NCBI GenBank assembly: GCA_964613795.1
Contig: CAZTJR010000005.1
Location: 35,656 to 99,655, forward strand
Reading direction: 5' to 3'
Length of the DNA stretch: 64,000 nt
DNA from: an uncultured Alteromonadaceae bacterium
Lineage (GTDB): Bacteria; Pseudomonadota; Gammaproteobacteria; Pseudomonadales; Halieaceae
In this document: positions 35,644 through 46,216 of the stretch, one piece after another
Position numbering within the stretch: position 1 is the first letter of the stretch
How the letters are laid out: each line of letters begins with the position of its first letter
Position numbers and translations under genes: made by a program
The notes under the pieces: generated by a model
What the model saw: the letters and a program-made list of their open reading frames with translations, nothing else
Databases searched by the model: none
Told to the model about the DNA's origin: nothing

Positions 35644-38600
35644 TCAGCGCTTAGCGCGATTCAGCCAGGGGGCCGGGGCCATCCAGGCCTCGATCCAAGG
35701 AATTACCCGGTCTGCCGGCATGGGGCGGGCGATGCCATAGCCCTGGGCGATATCGCAGCCGAGGTCGAGCAGGCACTCGCCATGGGCGATGGTTTCAACT
35801 CCCTCCGCGATAACCTCTCGGTCAAACACCTGCGCGAGGCTGAGAATGCCACGCAGAATCGCCATGTCGTCGGCATCACTCAGCATATCGCGCACGAAAC
35901 TCTGATCAATCTTCAGTGTATTGGCCGGCAACCTTTTCAGGTGGGTCAACGACGAATAGCCCACTCCGAAATCATCTATCGCAAAGCGAACGCCCAGGTC
36001 CCGGCACTGGCGGATCAGGCCGCTCACAGAATCGATGTCATCGAGCGCACTGCTCTCGAGAATTTCGATTTCCAGCAACTCGCCTGCACCGGCAGGCAAC
36101 TGCGCCAGGCGTGCTTCGAGAATGGCGAAAAACTGGCCCTGCTGCAGCGTCATGGCGCTGAGATTGATACTGACACACAGGGCGTGTCCGTCATCCGCCT
36201 GCCAGCGCTGAGACTGCATGAGTGCCTCACCGAGAACCCAGGCATCCAGGGCGATAGACAGTGGATGATTCTGGATGACCCCGAGAAACTTGTCGGGCAG
36301 CAGCAGGCCCTGCTCGGGATGCTGCCAGCGCACAAGCGCCTCAACACCAATGATTCTGCCTGTGCGCATGTTCACCTTGGGCTGGTAATGCAGTACGAAC
36401 TCTCCGTCCTCCAGCGCTTTTTCAATGCGGGCAATACGCTCGTGATGACCGACAACGGCCTCATAGTGCTCTTTATCGAACAACATGTAGCGGTTCTTGC
36501 CTGACAGTTTGGCCTGATACATGGCCTGGTCGGCCTGACGCAATAGCTGATCGGCGTCCTGGGGGTCATTTTGGGGATAGAGCGTTACCCCGAGGCTCGC
36601 AGAGACGTGCAGGGACCGCGATTCGAGATCAACCGGCAGCGCTGCCGAACGCAGCATCCGCCGCAGCGCGGCGTGCAGAGCGTCGTCCGTATCCACGCTG
36701 GAGAGAACGGCAACAAACTCATCGCCCCCAAGCCTTGCCAATGTGTCTTCAGCCCGCAATGCCCCCTTCATATTGCCGGAAACCTTCGCCAGAAGCCGGT
36801 CACCGACATCGTGTCCATACTGATCGTTGATTGCCTTGAAGCCATCCAGATCGAGGTAGGCAATGGCGATGCGGGAATTGCGCCTTCGGGATCTGGCCAT
36901 AGCCTGCTTGAGCTCGCGGGCCAGCAGTATCCGGTTGGGTAACTGGGTCACCGCGTCGTAATGGGCAATGCGCTCCAGCTGCTCCTGCTGATGCATCTGA
37001 TCGGTAATATCGGTGGCGAGAGCAACATAGTGCAGCACCTTCTCCTGTCGGTCGCAAACACGGCTGATGGTCAGGTTGGCCGCGAACAGCTCGCCATCCT
37101 TTTTGCGGTGCCAGACCTCGCCGCTCCAGTGGCCGACATCCAGCAGTCGCTGCCACAGACGGCGATAAAATCCCCTGGGATGGCGACCGGACCTGAGCAT
37201 ACGAGGGTTTGCGCCAATGAGTTCCTCGCGGGGATAACCGCTCATGGCGCACAGGGCATCGTTTACCTGAATGATCGTCCCTTCAGGATCCGTAATGGAA
37301 ATGCCTTCATTGGCGTGGGTGAAAACAGTGGCCAGCTGCTCCAGCTCCAGATTCGCGCGGGTGAGCTCATCCGTGCGCTGTTTGAGGGCGCGCTCCGCAG
37401 ACTTGCGGGCGCCGATGTCGCGAATCGTTCCCTGAACGACCGTATTCCCGGACCAATGAGCCCGGTTGAGCAGCACACTGCATTCAAGCAGATAGCCCTC
37501 TCTATGGCGGTGCTGCCACTCAAAGAAGTGGGTCCCGTTCTGTAGAGCGATTTTCAGATGGGCCGCAGCAGCGTCGACAGAGTCGCGTCCATCAGGCTGG
37601 GTTGGCGGTGACAGCTTACCGATCTTGAATTCGTCAAGCAGATCCTCGTCATAGCCGAACAGCTGCCGCGTCGCTGCATTGCAGGTCACCAGCCTCCAGT
37701 CCGGAGGTTGGAGAATAACCAGCGCATCCCGTGAGTTGTCAAACAGCCGGCGGTAGCGCTGATCACTTTCATGCAGCGCTTCTTCGGCACGCTTGCGCTC
37801 TGTGATATCCAGCGCAAGCTCCATGCGGACGAAGCGCCCATCCTCCCAGGGAATGGCCTGATCGGTAACGTGAAACCAGCGCCGGGATATGGGGTTATAG
37901 TGCTCCCACACCACTGGCTTGCCTGGCTTGCCATCCGCATCAAGCAGCAGCGGATTGGTACAGAAATCACAGGGACCGTCGGTCTTGGCATAGATGACAC
38001 GCCAGCAGGTCTTGCCGACCACATCACCCATGAACTCCCGAAAGTAGCGATTGACAAACAATACCTCGTGAGTATCGATATCAGCGACGTAGACCGCTGC
38101 CTGCGTGCCGTCGAGCATGTTCAGAAACCGCTGGTTGACCAGCGTGAGGTAGTCACGCGCGTGACTTAACTCATCGACCGTCTGCTTGCGCTGCTCAATG
38201 CTGACCAGCAGTTGGGTGAAAAGAACCAGAAGATCGTGCTCATCCGCTATAAAGTGCCGTGCACGCCTGACCGAATCGAAACCGACGAAGCCGAGACAGT
38301 CCTCACCGTTCATCAAGGGCGCCGCAAGCAGGCTCTTGATGCCCTGGGCACCCAGAACATCGCGCAACGGCCCAGGCGCCAACTGCTCGACATCAGACAG
38401 CAGCAGTGGGTCGCCGACCCTGCGGGCGTGCAGCCAGTTCGAGAGATCGTCCATGGACGCAGCCAATAGCTGCTCGATTGCCGGCTCGGTGCCTTTGGCA
38501 CACCATTCGTGCGTGTTGAATACTGTATTCCGCTCGAAATCGTATTTAACGACATAGGCCCTGTCGGCCTCGAAAAATGACGCCATCCTGCTGAGTGCCT

Positions 38601-38760
38601 GCTGCGTGGCATGCCCCGCGCGCCCGATAGGCAGGTTGATGAATGACATGGAAAGATCCAGCATAAGCTGGTGGTATTGCACTACCCGTGTCGCATTTTC
38701 TGGCATCGCACTGATCAGGGACTCGCGATCGCTCATCAGGGCACCCGGGAAATCACGCAC
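35644..38760 (-). CDS. GAF - PAS x3 - GGDEF - EAL cyclic-di-GMP signalling protein
   Basis: About 1030 aa. Start is either GTG 38760 or ATG 38736. Intact GGDEF (RLGGDEFVAVL). Intact EAL set (GVEALVRW, DDFGVGYSSL, LKIDQSFV, EGVET, QGYGIARP). Confidence 0.9.
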   Translation of the reverse strand: MRDFPGALMSDRESLISAMPENATRVVQYHQLMLDLSMSFINLPIGRAGHATQQALSRMASFFEADRAYVVKYDFERNTVFNTHEWCAKGTEPAIEQLLAASMDDLSNWLHARRVGDPLLLSDVEQLAPGPLRDVLGAQGIKSLLAAPLMNGEDCLGFVGFDSVRRARHFIADEHDLLVLFTQLLVSIEQRKQTVDELSHARDYLTLVNQRFLNMLDGTQAAVYVADIDTHEVLFVNRYFREFMGDVVGKTCWRVIYAKTDGPCDFCTNPLLLDADGKPGKPVVWEHYNPISRRWFHVTDQAIPWEDGRFVRMELALDITERKRAEEALHESDQRYRRLFDNSRDALVILQPPDWRLVTCNAATRQLFGYDEDLLDEFKIGKLSPPTQPDGRDSVDAAAAHLKIALQNGTHFFEWQHRHREGYLLECSVLLNRAHWSGNTVVQGTIRDIGARKSAERALKQRTDELTRANLELEQLATVFTHANEGISITDPEGTIIQVNDALCAMSGYPREELIGANPRMLRSGRHPRGFYRRLWQRLLDVGHWSGEVWHRKKDGELFAANLTISRVCDRQEKVLHYVALATDITDQMHQQEQLERIAHYDAVTQLPNRILLARELKQAMARSRRRNSRIAIAYLDLDGFKAINDQYGHDVGDRLLAKVSGNMKGALRAEDTLARLGGDEFVAVLSSVDTDDALHAALRRMLRSAALPVDLESRSLHVSASLGVTLYPQNDPQDADQLLRQADQAMYQAKLSGKNRYMLFDKEHYEAVVGHHERIARIEKALEDGEFVLHYQPKVNMRTGRIIGVEALVRWQHPEQGLLLPDKFLGVIQNHPLSIALDAWVLGEALMQSQRWQADDGHALCVSINLSAMTLQQGQFFAILEARLAQLPAGAGELLEIEILESSALDDIDSVSGLIRQCRDLGVRFAIDDFGVGYSSLTHLKRLPANTLKIDQSFVRDMLSDADDMAILRGILSLAQVFDREVIAEGVETIAHGECLLDLGCDIAQGYGIARPMPADRVIPWIEAWMAPAPWLNRAKR

Positions 38761-38879
38761 AGTGCCGGGCGTTGATGAAGACCATCAACGGCTCGCCCTG
38801 CAGCGGAGGGTATTGTACGTTGGTATCCACCGCACTCCCGAAATGCCGGCAGGCCGGCACGCCTATAAGGAGAAAACAA

Positions 38880-39331
38880 TGTTCGCATTTCGTCACCTCG
38901 CGGCAGTGACCGCTCTCATCACCAGCATAGCAGCCAACGCCGCTGACGGCCTGATCGTCGTAGAAAGCCCTCACAACACCATACAGACAATGAACAGACT
39001 GGAGGCCGTGGTCAAGGCGCGTGGCCTGAATGTGTTCGCGCGCATTGACCACGCGGCGGGCGCCGCCAAAGTCGGCACATCCCTGCGCCCTACCGAGCTG
39101 TTGATTTTCGGGAATCCGCAGGGCGGTACCCCCTTCATGGAATGCGCCCAATCCGTGGGGATCGACCTGCCTTTGAAGGCCCTGGTCTGGGAGGATGCGG
39201 AATCGCGGACCTGGATCGGCTACAACGATCCGGTCTACCTGGCGGCGCGGCACGGGATCGAGGACTGTGAGGTGGTGCCGGATTTGCAGACTGCCCTGAA
39301 GCGCATGATCTCAGACACCGTGGGCGCCTGA
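38880..39331 (+). CDS. DUF302 domain protein (periplasmic)
   Basis: 150 aa from ATG 38880; the track ORF is 5'-extended. Signal peptide MFAFRHLAAVTALITSIAANA. DUF302-type core (ARIDHAAGAAKVG...LLIFGNPQGGTPFM...DLPLKALVWED). Confidence 0.75.
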
Positions 39332-39417
39332 ACGCGGTGTGCTCCGCGGGGACAGCCTCGCCTCAATAGAGCCACGCGGCGATCGTTGTACTCAGATGCA
39401 GCTAATGAATCTCATTG

Positions 39418-39876
39418 CTAGGCGTCCGTCTGCAGTTTTTCCAGCAGGAGGTGCAAGGCGTCCACAGTTTTTTTATCCTGCGCGGTTTCAAGGGCATCCT
39501 GCAACACCTCTTGAATATCCTCACCATCCACGAGTTCCATATCCCAGGTTGGGAAGACTCGTTCGCGAATTTCCTCGCCGGTGCTTAGCACCACCATCGT
39601 CTCATGCCGACGATCCACTTCAATTAGCTTCATAAGACCCAGAACTTCTTCCTTGGGGCCCTCAATCCACTGAAAAAACACCTCACTCCCGAACACAAGA
39701 ATGCCGGTGATGCCAAGTGCCGGATTTCGACGCCTGGCAGTCGCCACGATAGTGTCTACATCGGCGCTCCCGACGCCTTCACTTGCGCGACTGCAGTAGA
39801 CGACGTTGAAAAGCAGCCGCTCTTCAAAGGCGCCGCCGGGCTCGTCGAACTGCATGTTTGGGGATCGATCGCTCAT
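39418..39876 (-). CDS. short BLUF-domain blue-light FAD photoreceptor
   Basis: 152 aa. BLUF hallmarks are the Tyr in LFNVVYCSRA, the Gln in VFFQWIEGP, and W/M in FPTWDME. Followed by a ~45-aa helical tail. Confidence 0.85.
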   Translation of the reverse strand: MSDRSPNMQFDEPGGAFEERLLFNVVYCSRASEGVGSADVDTIVATARRRNPALGITGILVFGSEVFFQWIEGPKEEVLGLMKLIEVDRRHETMVVLSTGEEIRERVFPTWDMELVDGEDIQEVLQDALETAQDKKTVDALHLLLEKLQTDA

Positions 39877-39979
39877 ACACCAACACTAACCTATAACGGT
39901 TGAAGCGTATAGGCGCATTTCGCGGCCTTTTAAGCCGCGAGCGCAAAATTAATGTATCGCGCCATGACTCACCTTCCTG

Positions 39980-42900
39980 TCACAGCGCAAGAGGCGAAGC
40001 GACATGAGGCAGGCTCTGCGCCCGTGCCCGGGCATTCAGACGCGCAAGATACTCTGCGTCAATGCCTTCGAGTTCCCGGCGAAGCTGCGCCCACCGCTGC
40101 TCGAGGTCCTGCAACCGCTCCCTGGCACCAGTGGTCACAGGCGCGCCGCCATTTTCCACAACATCCAGAAGATGGCGGAGCTGGCCATCGAGCTGCATGA
40201 CCCAGGCATCCTCGTCTTCGAAGGTCTCGTGTCGCAGCTCGGTGATCTGCGGCTCCCAGCGATTAATGGCTGCAACAGCAGCATTGCCGATTTCCACCAT
40301 TTCTGGATCGTCATGTCCGGCAAGCAGTGTCAACACCTGCCCGCGAGCCGCACGGGCACCCTGCAGTGCGCCCATGACCTCTTCCAGCGTGTGGGCGATG
40401 CGCTCCTGCACGGCAATCCAGTCCGCCAGTTCCGCGCTGCTCGCGCTGGAACGGGGATCGGGCAGGATCTCCACCGCCGTGCTTACCGATGCCTCACCGG
40501 CCGAAACGCGGACCGTGTAACGCCCCGGCGCTACCGGCGGCCCGCCGTAACCCTCGAACAGGTTGTGGTTATCGATACAGCGAACATCTTCCCTGTGCAG
40601 GTCCCAGTGCCAGCGCTGCAGGCCAGCTTCGGTTACCGGATAGTCGATCGTCAGGGGTTTTCGCGGGTCCATGTTGTTGAGGCGGCAGCGGTCCTGTTCG
40701 GACTCGTTGCTTTCATAACGGCGCAGCACGTCGCCGGCATCGCCAAGCACCTCGATAATCAGCGGCGTATCGTCCGGCAGCTCCTCGGCGAGGTAGTAGT
40801 AGATAGGCAGATCCGGCTCCGGGTTCGCCCCCTCAAACGTTACACTGCGGCTGTTCGGCCTGCCCATGGCCAGCGCCGGCGGCGCGTAAACGTGCACCGG
40901 CGTCGCGGCGTCGGCCGCGGCCGCCTGGCGCACCACGAACAGGTCGTCAAGAACCCAGAAGGCCCGACCCTGGGTAGCGACGGCCAGCGCATCCTCGCGT
41001 ACGCGCAGATCCGTGATCGGCACGGCCGGCAGGTTAAGGTCAAGAGAATGCCATTGGGCGCCATCATTCCAGGAAACAAACAGACCCTTCTCGGTGCCCG
41101 CGTAAAGCAGCCCCTTCACCGTCGGGTCCTCGCGGACGACGCGCGCAAACGCGCCATCCGGTATGTTGCCCTCAAGGCGTTCCCAGCTCTTGCCGTGGTC
41201 TGTGGTTCTATAGATGTAGGGGGCGAAATCATTGAACTTGTAAGCAGTGACCGCCACATAGGCAGTCCCTTCGGCGTGGGGCGACAATTCAATGGCGTTG
41301 ATCATGGCTTCGCCGGCGTGCGGTGGCGAGATATCCTGCCAGCTCTCGCCGCCGTCACGGGTCAGGTGCAGCAGGCCGTCGTCGGCGCCCACCCAGATTG
41401 TGCCTCGCGCGTTCGCTGACTCGACGATGGTGAAAATCGTGTGGTAGAACTCCGCGCCCACGTTCTCCGGCGTCAGCGGCCCGCCGTTGCGGCCCAGATG
41501 CTCGGGGTTGTTGCGGGTCAGATCCGGGCTGACCCGCTGCCAGCTCATGCCCCGGTCCGTGCTCCGCAGCAGGTACTGGGTCCCGTAATAGATCACCGAG
41601 TGGTCGTGCGGTGAGGTGATGACCGGCGCGTTCCAGTTTGTGCGGTACTTGAGGTCCTTCGCGTCCTTACCGTAAACCCGCTCCGGGTAGGGCACGATGT
41701 AGCGCTTTTTCTGGTTACTCTCGTTGAACTCAGTGAGCGTCCCGTTGATCGTGGTGGCGTAGATCAGCGTGGGGTTCTCTGGATCAAAAGCGATATGCGC
41801 GCTTTCACCGCCGCCGACAGCGTGATAGTCGTCGCGGCCAATGGCGCCATCCCATGACCAGGCGGCAATCGATACCGTCGAGTTGTCCTGCTGACCGCCA
41901 TAAAGACGCCAGGGTGTCTGCTTATCGGTAATCAGGCGATAAAATTGCGCGGTCGGCTGATTCTCAATGCTGGACCAGGTCTCGCCGCCATCAAAGGTTA
42001 CTGTGGCACCGCCGTCATTGCCGTTAATCATGTTGCGGCTATCTTTAGGATTGATCCAGTGATCGTGGTGATCGCCGTGGGGCGTATCCACCTTGCTGAA
42101 GGTCTCGCCGCCGTCGATGGACTTCATGAGCGGCACGTTGAGCACCCAGACTGTGTCGGGGTCGCTGGGGTCGGCGGTCAGATGGATGTAGTACCAGGCG
42201 CGCGTGTGCAGAACGCGGTGCGGATTGATGTGCTGCCAGGTCTCACCGTAGTCGTCGCTGCGCCATAGCCCCCCCTCGCCTGGCTCGGCCTCGATGACGG
42301 CATAGATGCGCGAGGGCTGACTGGCCGACACGTCGAGGCCGACTTTGCCGATCATCCCGGGTAATCCGCCCTCGAGCTGTACCCAGCTGTCGCCGCCATC
42401 GGTGGATTTGTAGATGCCGCCGCCCTCGCCACCAGATTTGATATACCAGGGCTTGCGGCCGTGGTGCCAGAGACCGGCGTACAGGATGCGCGGATTGGTC
42501 GGGTCGAGCGACAGGTCCGTGGCGCCAGTGTCGGCATTCACCTTGAGCACGTGCTCCCAGGTTGCGCCACCGTCAAGCGTCCGGAAAACACCGCGTTCTT
42601 TATTCGGAGTCCAGATCTGACCCTGTACGGCCACCCAGGCCGTGTCAGGATCGGTCGGGTGTACTTCTATCTTCGCGATCTGACCGGCCTTTGGCAGCCC
42701 CATGAAGGTGAAGGTACGACCGGCATCCGTCGACTTCCACAGTCCCTCACCCTGCGCAGTGGTGACACCCCGGATCGGCGCCTCGCCGCTGCCGACATAA
42801 ATGACGTTGGGATCCGAGGGTGCCACCGCGATGGCGCCGATGGTGCCCACGGGAATCTGTTCATCGGAGATATTGTCCCAGGAAACGCCGGCGTTATCTG

Positions 42901-43120
42901 TCTGCCAGACGCCGCCGCCCGCGGCACCCATGTAGTAACGCTGCGGGTTGCCCGGTACACCGGTGACCGTCGTTACACGGCCACCGCGCCAGGGTCCAAT
43001 CAGCCGATACTCGAGTCCGTCGAGCAGCGCCGGCTCGACCGCGCTCGCGGGCAGGATCGGAAGCGTCATCAGAACAGCAAGGACAGACAATAGACAAGCG
43101 TGAAGCAAACGACAGCGCAT
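39980..43120 (-). CDS. large secreted BNR/sortilin-VPS10-type beta-propeller repeat protein
   Basis: Start ATG 43120 gives the signal peptide MRCRLLHACLLSVLAVLMTLPILPASA. Many S-x-D-x-G-x-T/W (BNR/Asp-box) repeats (TDNAGVSW, STDAGRTF, TLDGGATW, STDGGDSW, SDDYGETW, SIDGGETF, TFDGGETW, STDRGMSW, TRDGGESW, TTDHGKSW). Confidence 0.8.
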   Translation of the reverse strand: MRCRLLHACLLSVLAVLMTLPILPASAVEPALLDGLEYRLIGPWRGGRVTTVTGVPGNPQRYYMGAAGGGVWQTDNAGVSWDNISDEQIPVGTIGAIAVAPSDPNVIYVGSGEAPIRGVTTAQGEGLWKSTDAGRTFTFMGLPKAGQIAKIEVHPTDPDTAWVAVQGQIWTPNKERGVFRTLDGGATWEHVLKVNADTGATDLSLDPTNPRILYAGLWHHGRKPWYIKSGGEGGGIYKSTDGGDSWVQLEGGLPGMIGKVGLDVSASQPSRIYAVIEAEPGEGGLWRSDDYGETWQHINPHRVLHTRAWYYIHLTADPSDPDTVWVLNVPLMKSIDGGETFSKVDTPHGDHHDHWINPKDSRNMINGNDGGATVTFDGGETWSSIENQPTAQFYRLITDKQTPWRLYGGQQDNSTVSIAAWSWDGAIGRDDYHAVGGGESAHIAFDPENPTLIYATTINGTLTEFNESNQKKRYIVPYPERVYGKDAKDLKYRTNWNAPVITSPHDHSVIYYGTQYLLRSTDRGMSWQRVSPDLTRNNPEHLGRNGGPLTPENVGAEFYHTIFTIVESANARGTIWVGADDGLLHLTRDGGESWQDISPPHAGEAMINAIELSPHAEGTAYVAVTAYKFNDFAPYIYRTTDHGKSWERLEGNIPDGAFARVVREDPTVKGLLYAGTEKGLFVSWNDGAQWHSLDLNLPAVPITDLRVREDALAVATQGRAFWVLDDLFVVRQAAAADAATPVHVYAPPALAMGRPNSRSVTFEGANPEPDLPIYYYLAEELPDDTPLIIEVLGDAGDVLRRYESNESEQDRCRLNNMDPRKPLTIDYPVTEAGLQRWHWDLHREDVRCIDNHNLFEGYGGPPVAPGRYTVRVSAGEASVSTAVEILPDPRSSASSAELADWIAVQERIAHTLEEVMGALQGARAARGQVLTLLAGHDDPEMVEIGNAAVAAINRWEPQITELRHETFEDEDAWVMQLDGQLRHLLDVVENGGAPVTTGARERLQDLEQRWAQLRRELEGIDAEYLARLNARARAQSLPHVASPLAL

Positions 43121-43327
43121 AAAGAACTCCGGCAGACAGACGCCCCGCGGGGCCACGAAGCCGAGAAAACTACCGCCTGTCGGGGCCGGACGCAAGCGCT
43201 GATAAGGTGGAAGGTGTCCCGCGCCGCGAATACACTGCGCTCGCCCGGGTCAGCCCTTGCTACCCACTGTGAAGGCAAACGGAGTGAAAAAACTCGCCGA
43301 GTCACATGCATGGGGACACTGCGCTGG

Positions 43328-44386
43328 CTAATTCTGCATCGGAATCCCCTCTTGCCACCGGAAGCCCACGCCACCACCCTGCCAGACACCCTCGCCCAGC
43401 GGGCTTGGCCCCTGTATATCGAGTTGCAGCGGCAGACCAAAGCTCGGCGCAAGCGCCTGAACGCCGCGGACGGTGCTGCGGTGCATGATCCGCAGACCCT
43501 GCTCCCCCGACGGCAGGTGAGCCTCGGGAGACGCACGGTGCGCCACGGCCAGGTTGTCAATGAAAATGCAGTCGTTCTCAGCGTACTCGTGTTGAATGGC
43601 GTAGCCCTGCTCGAGTCCTGCATTGAGAAGGTTATTGTAGTCATGGCAGAGCTGACCGAGCTCCGATGCATCCAGAAGTCGGAAGCCATCGCCATCGCTA
43701 CGCTTTTCAATCACGGCGCCCGTCATGCCGAGGTGCAGCCAGACACATAGACGTCCGGAGACAGGATGCTCATGCACCAGCGGATGCACCACCCCCGAGG
43801 CCGAATTTACCGAGGAAAGACGCTGCCAATACGCTTGCTTCGCCGGTGATAACGCATCATGAGCGGCAGCCTGATGGGCAAATAGAGTACCGCCGCCGTT
43901 TTCCGCGGGGCGGATGATGTGATAGCCCGCGTGGGAAAACGTGTGCGTGTTGAAACTACCGTCGTTATGCCACTGCGGTCCGACACCCGGTATGCCGTGC
44001 CGGGGATCGTTCGACAGCCGGAAGATGTGACCGTTGCCACCGGGTGTCGCCGGGTGCACACCATGGGTACTGTGCAGCGCGCGGCCGCCCCACCAGCAGC
44101 TGGCGCGCAGGAAATCATTGACGTCGAGTGACATGGTGTTCCTGAAGGCGATAAATCCGCGATTGGCCATTTCCGCTTCCAGCGCACTGACAAGATCGCT
44201 CGACGGCTCTTCCGTGAAAGACAGGTCGATGCACCGACGCTCCGACAGGGTCCAGCGGGCGGATATCCCCCCCCGCACCGTTCGATAATGGCGATATGTG
44301 ACGGGTGAAGGGGCGGGAGTCTGGATGATCGGTTCTGCATCGGTGATCTCCTGGCATGTGTGGAAAATCAGTGACCGGCAAGTCAT
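43328..44386 (-). CDS. TauD/TfdA-family Fe(II)/2-oxoglutarate dioxygenase
   Basis: The track ORF (418 aa) is probably 5'-extended. ATG 44386 gives 352 aa; this start is uncertain. HxD motif in GPQWHNDGSF, distal His in VAHRA. Family-level call only. Confidence 0.7.
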   Translation of the reverse strand: MTCRSLIFHTCQEITDAEPIIQTPAPSPVTYRHYRTVRGGISARWTLSERRCIDLSFTEEPSSDLVSALEAEMANRGFIAFRNTMSLDVNDFLRASCWWGGRALHSTHGVHPATPGGNGHIFRLSNDPRHGIPGVGPQWHNDGSFNTHTFSHAGYHIIRPAENGGGTLFAHQAAAHDALSPAKQAYWQRLSSVNSASGVVHPLVHEHPVSGRLCVWLHLGMTGAVIEKRSDGDGFRLLDASELGQLCHDYNNLLNAGLEQGYAIQHEYAENDCIFIDNLAVAHRASPEAHLPSGEQGLRIMHRSTVRGVQALAPSFGLPLQLDIQGPSPLGEGVWQGGGVGFRWQEGIPMQN

Positions 44387-44595
44387 GCGGGCTCGCTCAC
44401 AACCGGGTGTTGCCATGACGGCCCCGTGGCCCGCCCGAACGACAGTGCGGACAGCGCGCTCTTCCGCGCACTCAGGGGCTTGCAGTATGATGCCCCGGTC
44501 AACGGGTGTCCGACCCCAAAGCATAACAGCGACAATGCCCGGCCTGTACAGACCTCGATCGCCTGGCCGAACTTCACCAGCCACCAGGATTCACC

Positions 44596-45483
44596 ATGTC
44601 ATCCGCGGATACCCTGCGCCTTCTACTCCTTTCCTCGCTCTGGGGGTTCTCCTTCATCTTCATGCGTGTCGCTGTTCCGGAGTTCGGTCCGGTAAGCCTG
44701 ATTTTCCTGCGCATGTCGGTCGGCGCGCTACTGCTGCTGCCGCTGCTGGCGAACCGCACCCATTGTCGCCTGATGCGTGAAAACCTGGGACCGCTGATCA
44801 TTCTGGGAATCACAACCACCGCGCTTCCCTATACGCTTCTGGCGCTGGCAACGGTTCGCCTGGATGCGGGCTTCACGTCCCTGATCAATGCCGCCACGCC
44901 CATCGCCACAGCATTGATCGGTGCCGCTTTCTTCGTCACACCGATTCTACGCCAGCAGGTGATAGGGCTGACGCTGGCGTTGGCCGGTGTGGCAGTTCTG
45001 TCGTCGGGACGCCTCGATTTCAGCGCAGGCGGAGACGGCTGGTTCATTGTCGCGGCACTGGCGGCCACCGTCAGCTACGGCGTCGGCGGGAATTACTCGC
45101 GAACGCACCTGTCCCATCTGCCAAGCCCGGTGTTGGCAGCCGGTGCCTGTGCGGTGGCGGCAACAATACTGCTGGTGCCAGGCGTGCTTCTCTGGCCACA
45201 AACACCGATCAGCTATCTTGCCTGGGGTTCCGCTCTGGGGCTCGCGGCACTGAGTACCGCTGCGGCACTGCTACTGTACTTCCGACTGATCGCCAGCGCC
45301 GGAGCTACCGCAACATCTACCGTGACCATGCTGGTCCCGGTCAGCGCGATCGCCTGGGGTGTGCTGCTGTTGGACGAGACCATTACCCTGCAGGTAATGA
45401 CCGGTATGGTGGTCACCCTGGTCGGCACGGCGATCGCGACCGGCGTTGTACAGCTGAAACGCCGGCGCACCCTGCCTCAGTGA
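44596..45483 (+). CDS. EamA/DMT-family transporter
   Basis: 295 aa, 10-TM pattern with two EamA-like halves (LLSSLWGFSFIFMRV...). Confidence 0.85.
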   Translation: MSSADTLRLLLLSSLWGFSFIFMRVAVPEFGPVSLIFLRMSVGALLLLPLLANRTHCRLMRENLGPLIILGITTTALPYTLLALATVRLDAGFTSLINAATPIATALIGAAFFVTPILRQQVIGLTLALAGVAVLSSGRLDFSAGGDGWFIVAALAATVSYGVGGNYSRTHLSHLPSPVLAAGACAVAATILLVPGVLLWPQTPISYLAWGSALGLAALSTAAALLLYFRLIASAGATATSTVTMLVPVSAIAWGVLLLDETITLQVMTGMVVTLVGTAIATGVVQLKRRRTLPQ

Positions 45484-45533
45484 CTGCCTGCCGGTGACTG
45501 GGACGCAGCAGCCTATGGCAGCTCCGCCGCCTT

Positions 45534-46046
45534 CTACCAGTGGCCCGTGCCGGGCGCTCCCTTGAACGGACCCACGACATGATCGGTAATCCAGCCGCCG
45601 TAAAATGACCCCGGCTGCGGTCGCACGCGCTCGCCGTTGACAAAGCAGTCAATTTTTTCGGGATAGAAGGACACGTGTTCATGCAATGCGGCAAAGCGAT
45701 CGCTAGGGTCGGCATACAGCCATGCCACGGGGCCGGCAGTCGGCTGGCTTACCAGCGCAAAGTAACTGGCCCGGCCCTTCCACTCGCAGAAACTGCTGTG
45801 CTCTGTGGCGACCAGCAAGCGCCAGTCGATATCAGCGGCAGGAATGTAATAGGTAGGCGGGCTTGCCGTTTCCAGCACACGCAACGCCGAGCGGCTGCTG
45901 GCGACAGGGATATAGTCAACGCTCACGTCTACTAACTCATCGCTGCTCACCAGGGCCGGTGGCCGGGGATAATCCCATACGGATTCCTGCCCGGGTCCCG
46001 GGGTATCGGCAAAGTCGGGGCGCTCTTTTCCGGTATGTTTCCACAT
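45534..46046 (-). CDS. DUF427 domain protein
   Basis: 170 aa. ESVWDYPRPP and SFCEWKGRASYF blocks are typical of DUF427. Confidence 0.75.
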   Translation of the reverse strand: MWKHTGKERPDFADTPGPGQESVWDYPRPPALVSSDELVDVSVDYIPVASSRSALRVLETASPPTYYIPAADIDWRLLVATEHSSFCEWKGRASYFALVSQPTAGPVAWLYADPSDRFAALHEHVSFYPEKIDCFVNGERVRPQPGSFYGGWITDHVVGPFKGAPGTGHW

Positions 46047-46216
46047 GCCTCAACGATAGCGCTAAAGCCGGCGGGGGCCAACCGTTTGAAAAGCGTCGCA
46101 GAACCCGTTTGTGTCGGCAACTGTCGCTCTTGCGCGCTCCCGGCGTTATTCTGTCACGCCGAGGTGCCCGGTATTCCTCCGCGCCGGCGATTTTCGATAA
46201 CCACAGGACACCGTCC

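Noticed and set aside
39920-39940. 7-bp hairpin TCGCGGC-N7-GCCGCGA downstream of the BNR protein gene
   Set aside because: No U-tract on either strand, so not called as an intrinsic terminator. It could still be a Rho-dependent or stabilising structure.
40004-41419. 471-aa plus-strand ORF
   Set aside because: Antisense to the BNR/sortilin-like gene, whose Asp-box repeats clearly define the real frame. Arg/Gly/Val-rich junk-like product.
45863-46216. 5' extension of the kinase-fusion ORF (645-aa track version)
   Set aside because: The extension is antisense to the DUF427 gene. The conserved N-terminus (MQTPLIDALQHPQRYPH...) begins at ATG 46217. The track ORFs at 22109, 24973, 26864, 30029, 38606, 53597 and 60057 are over-extended in the same way.
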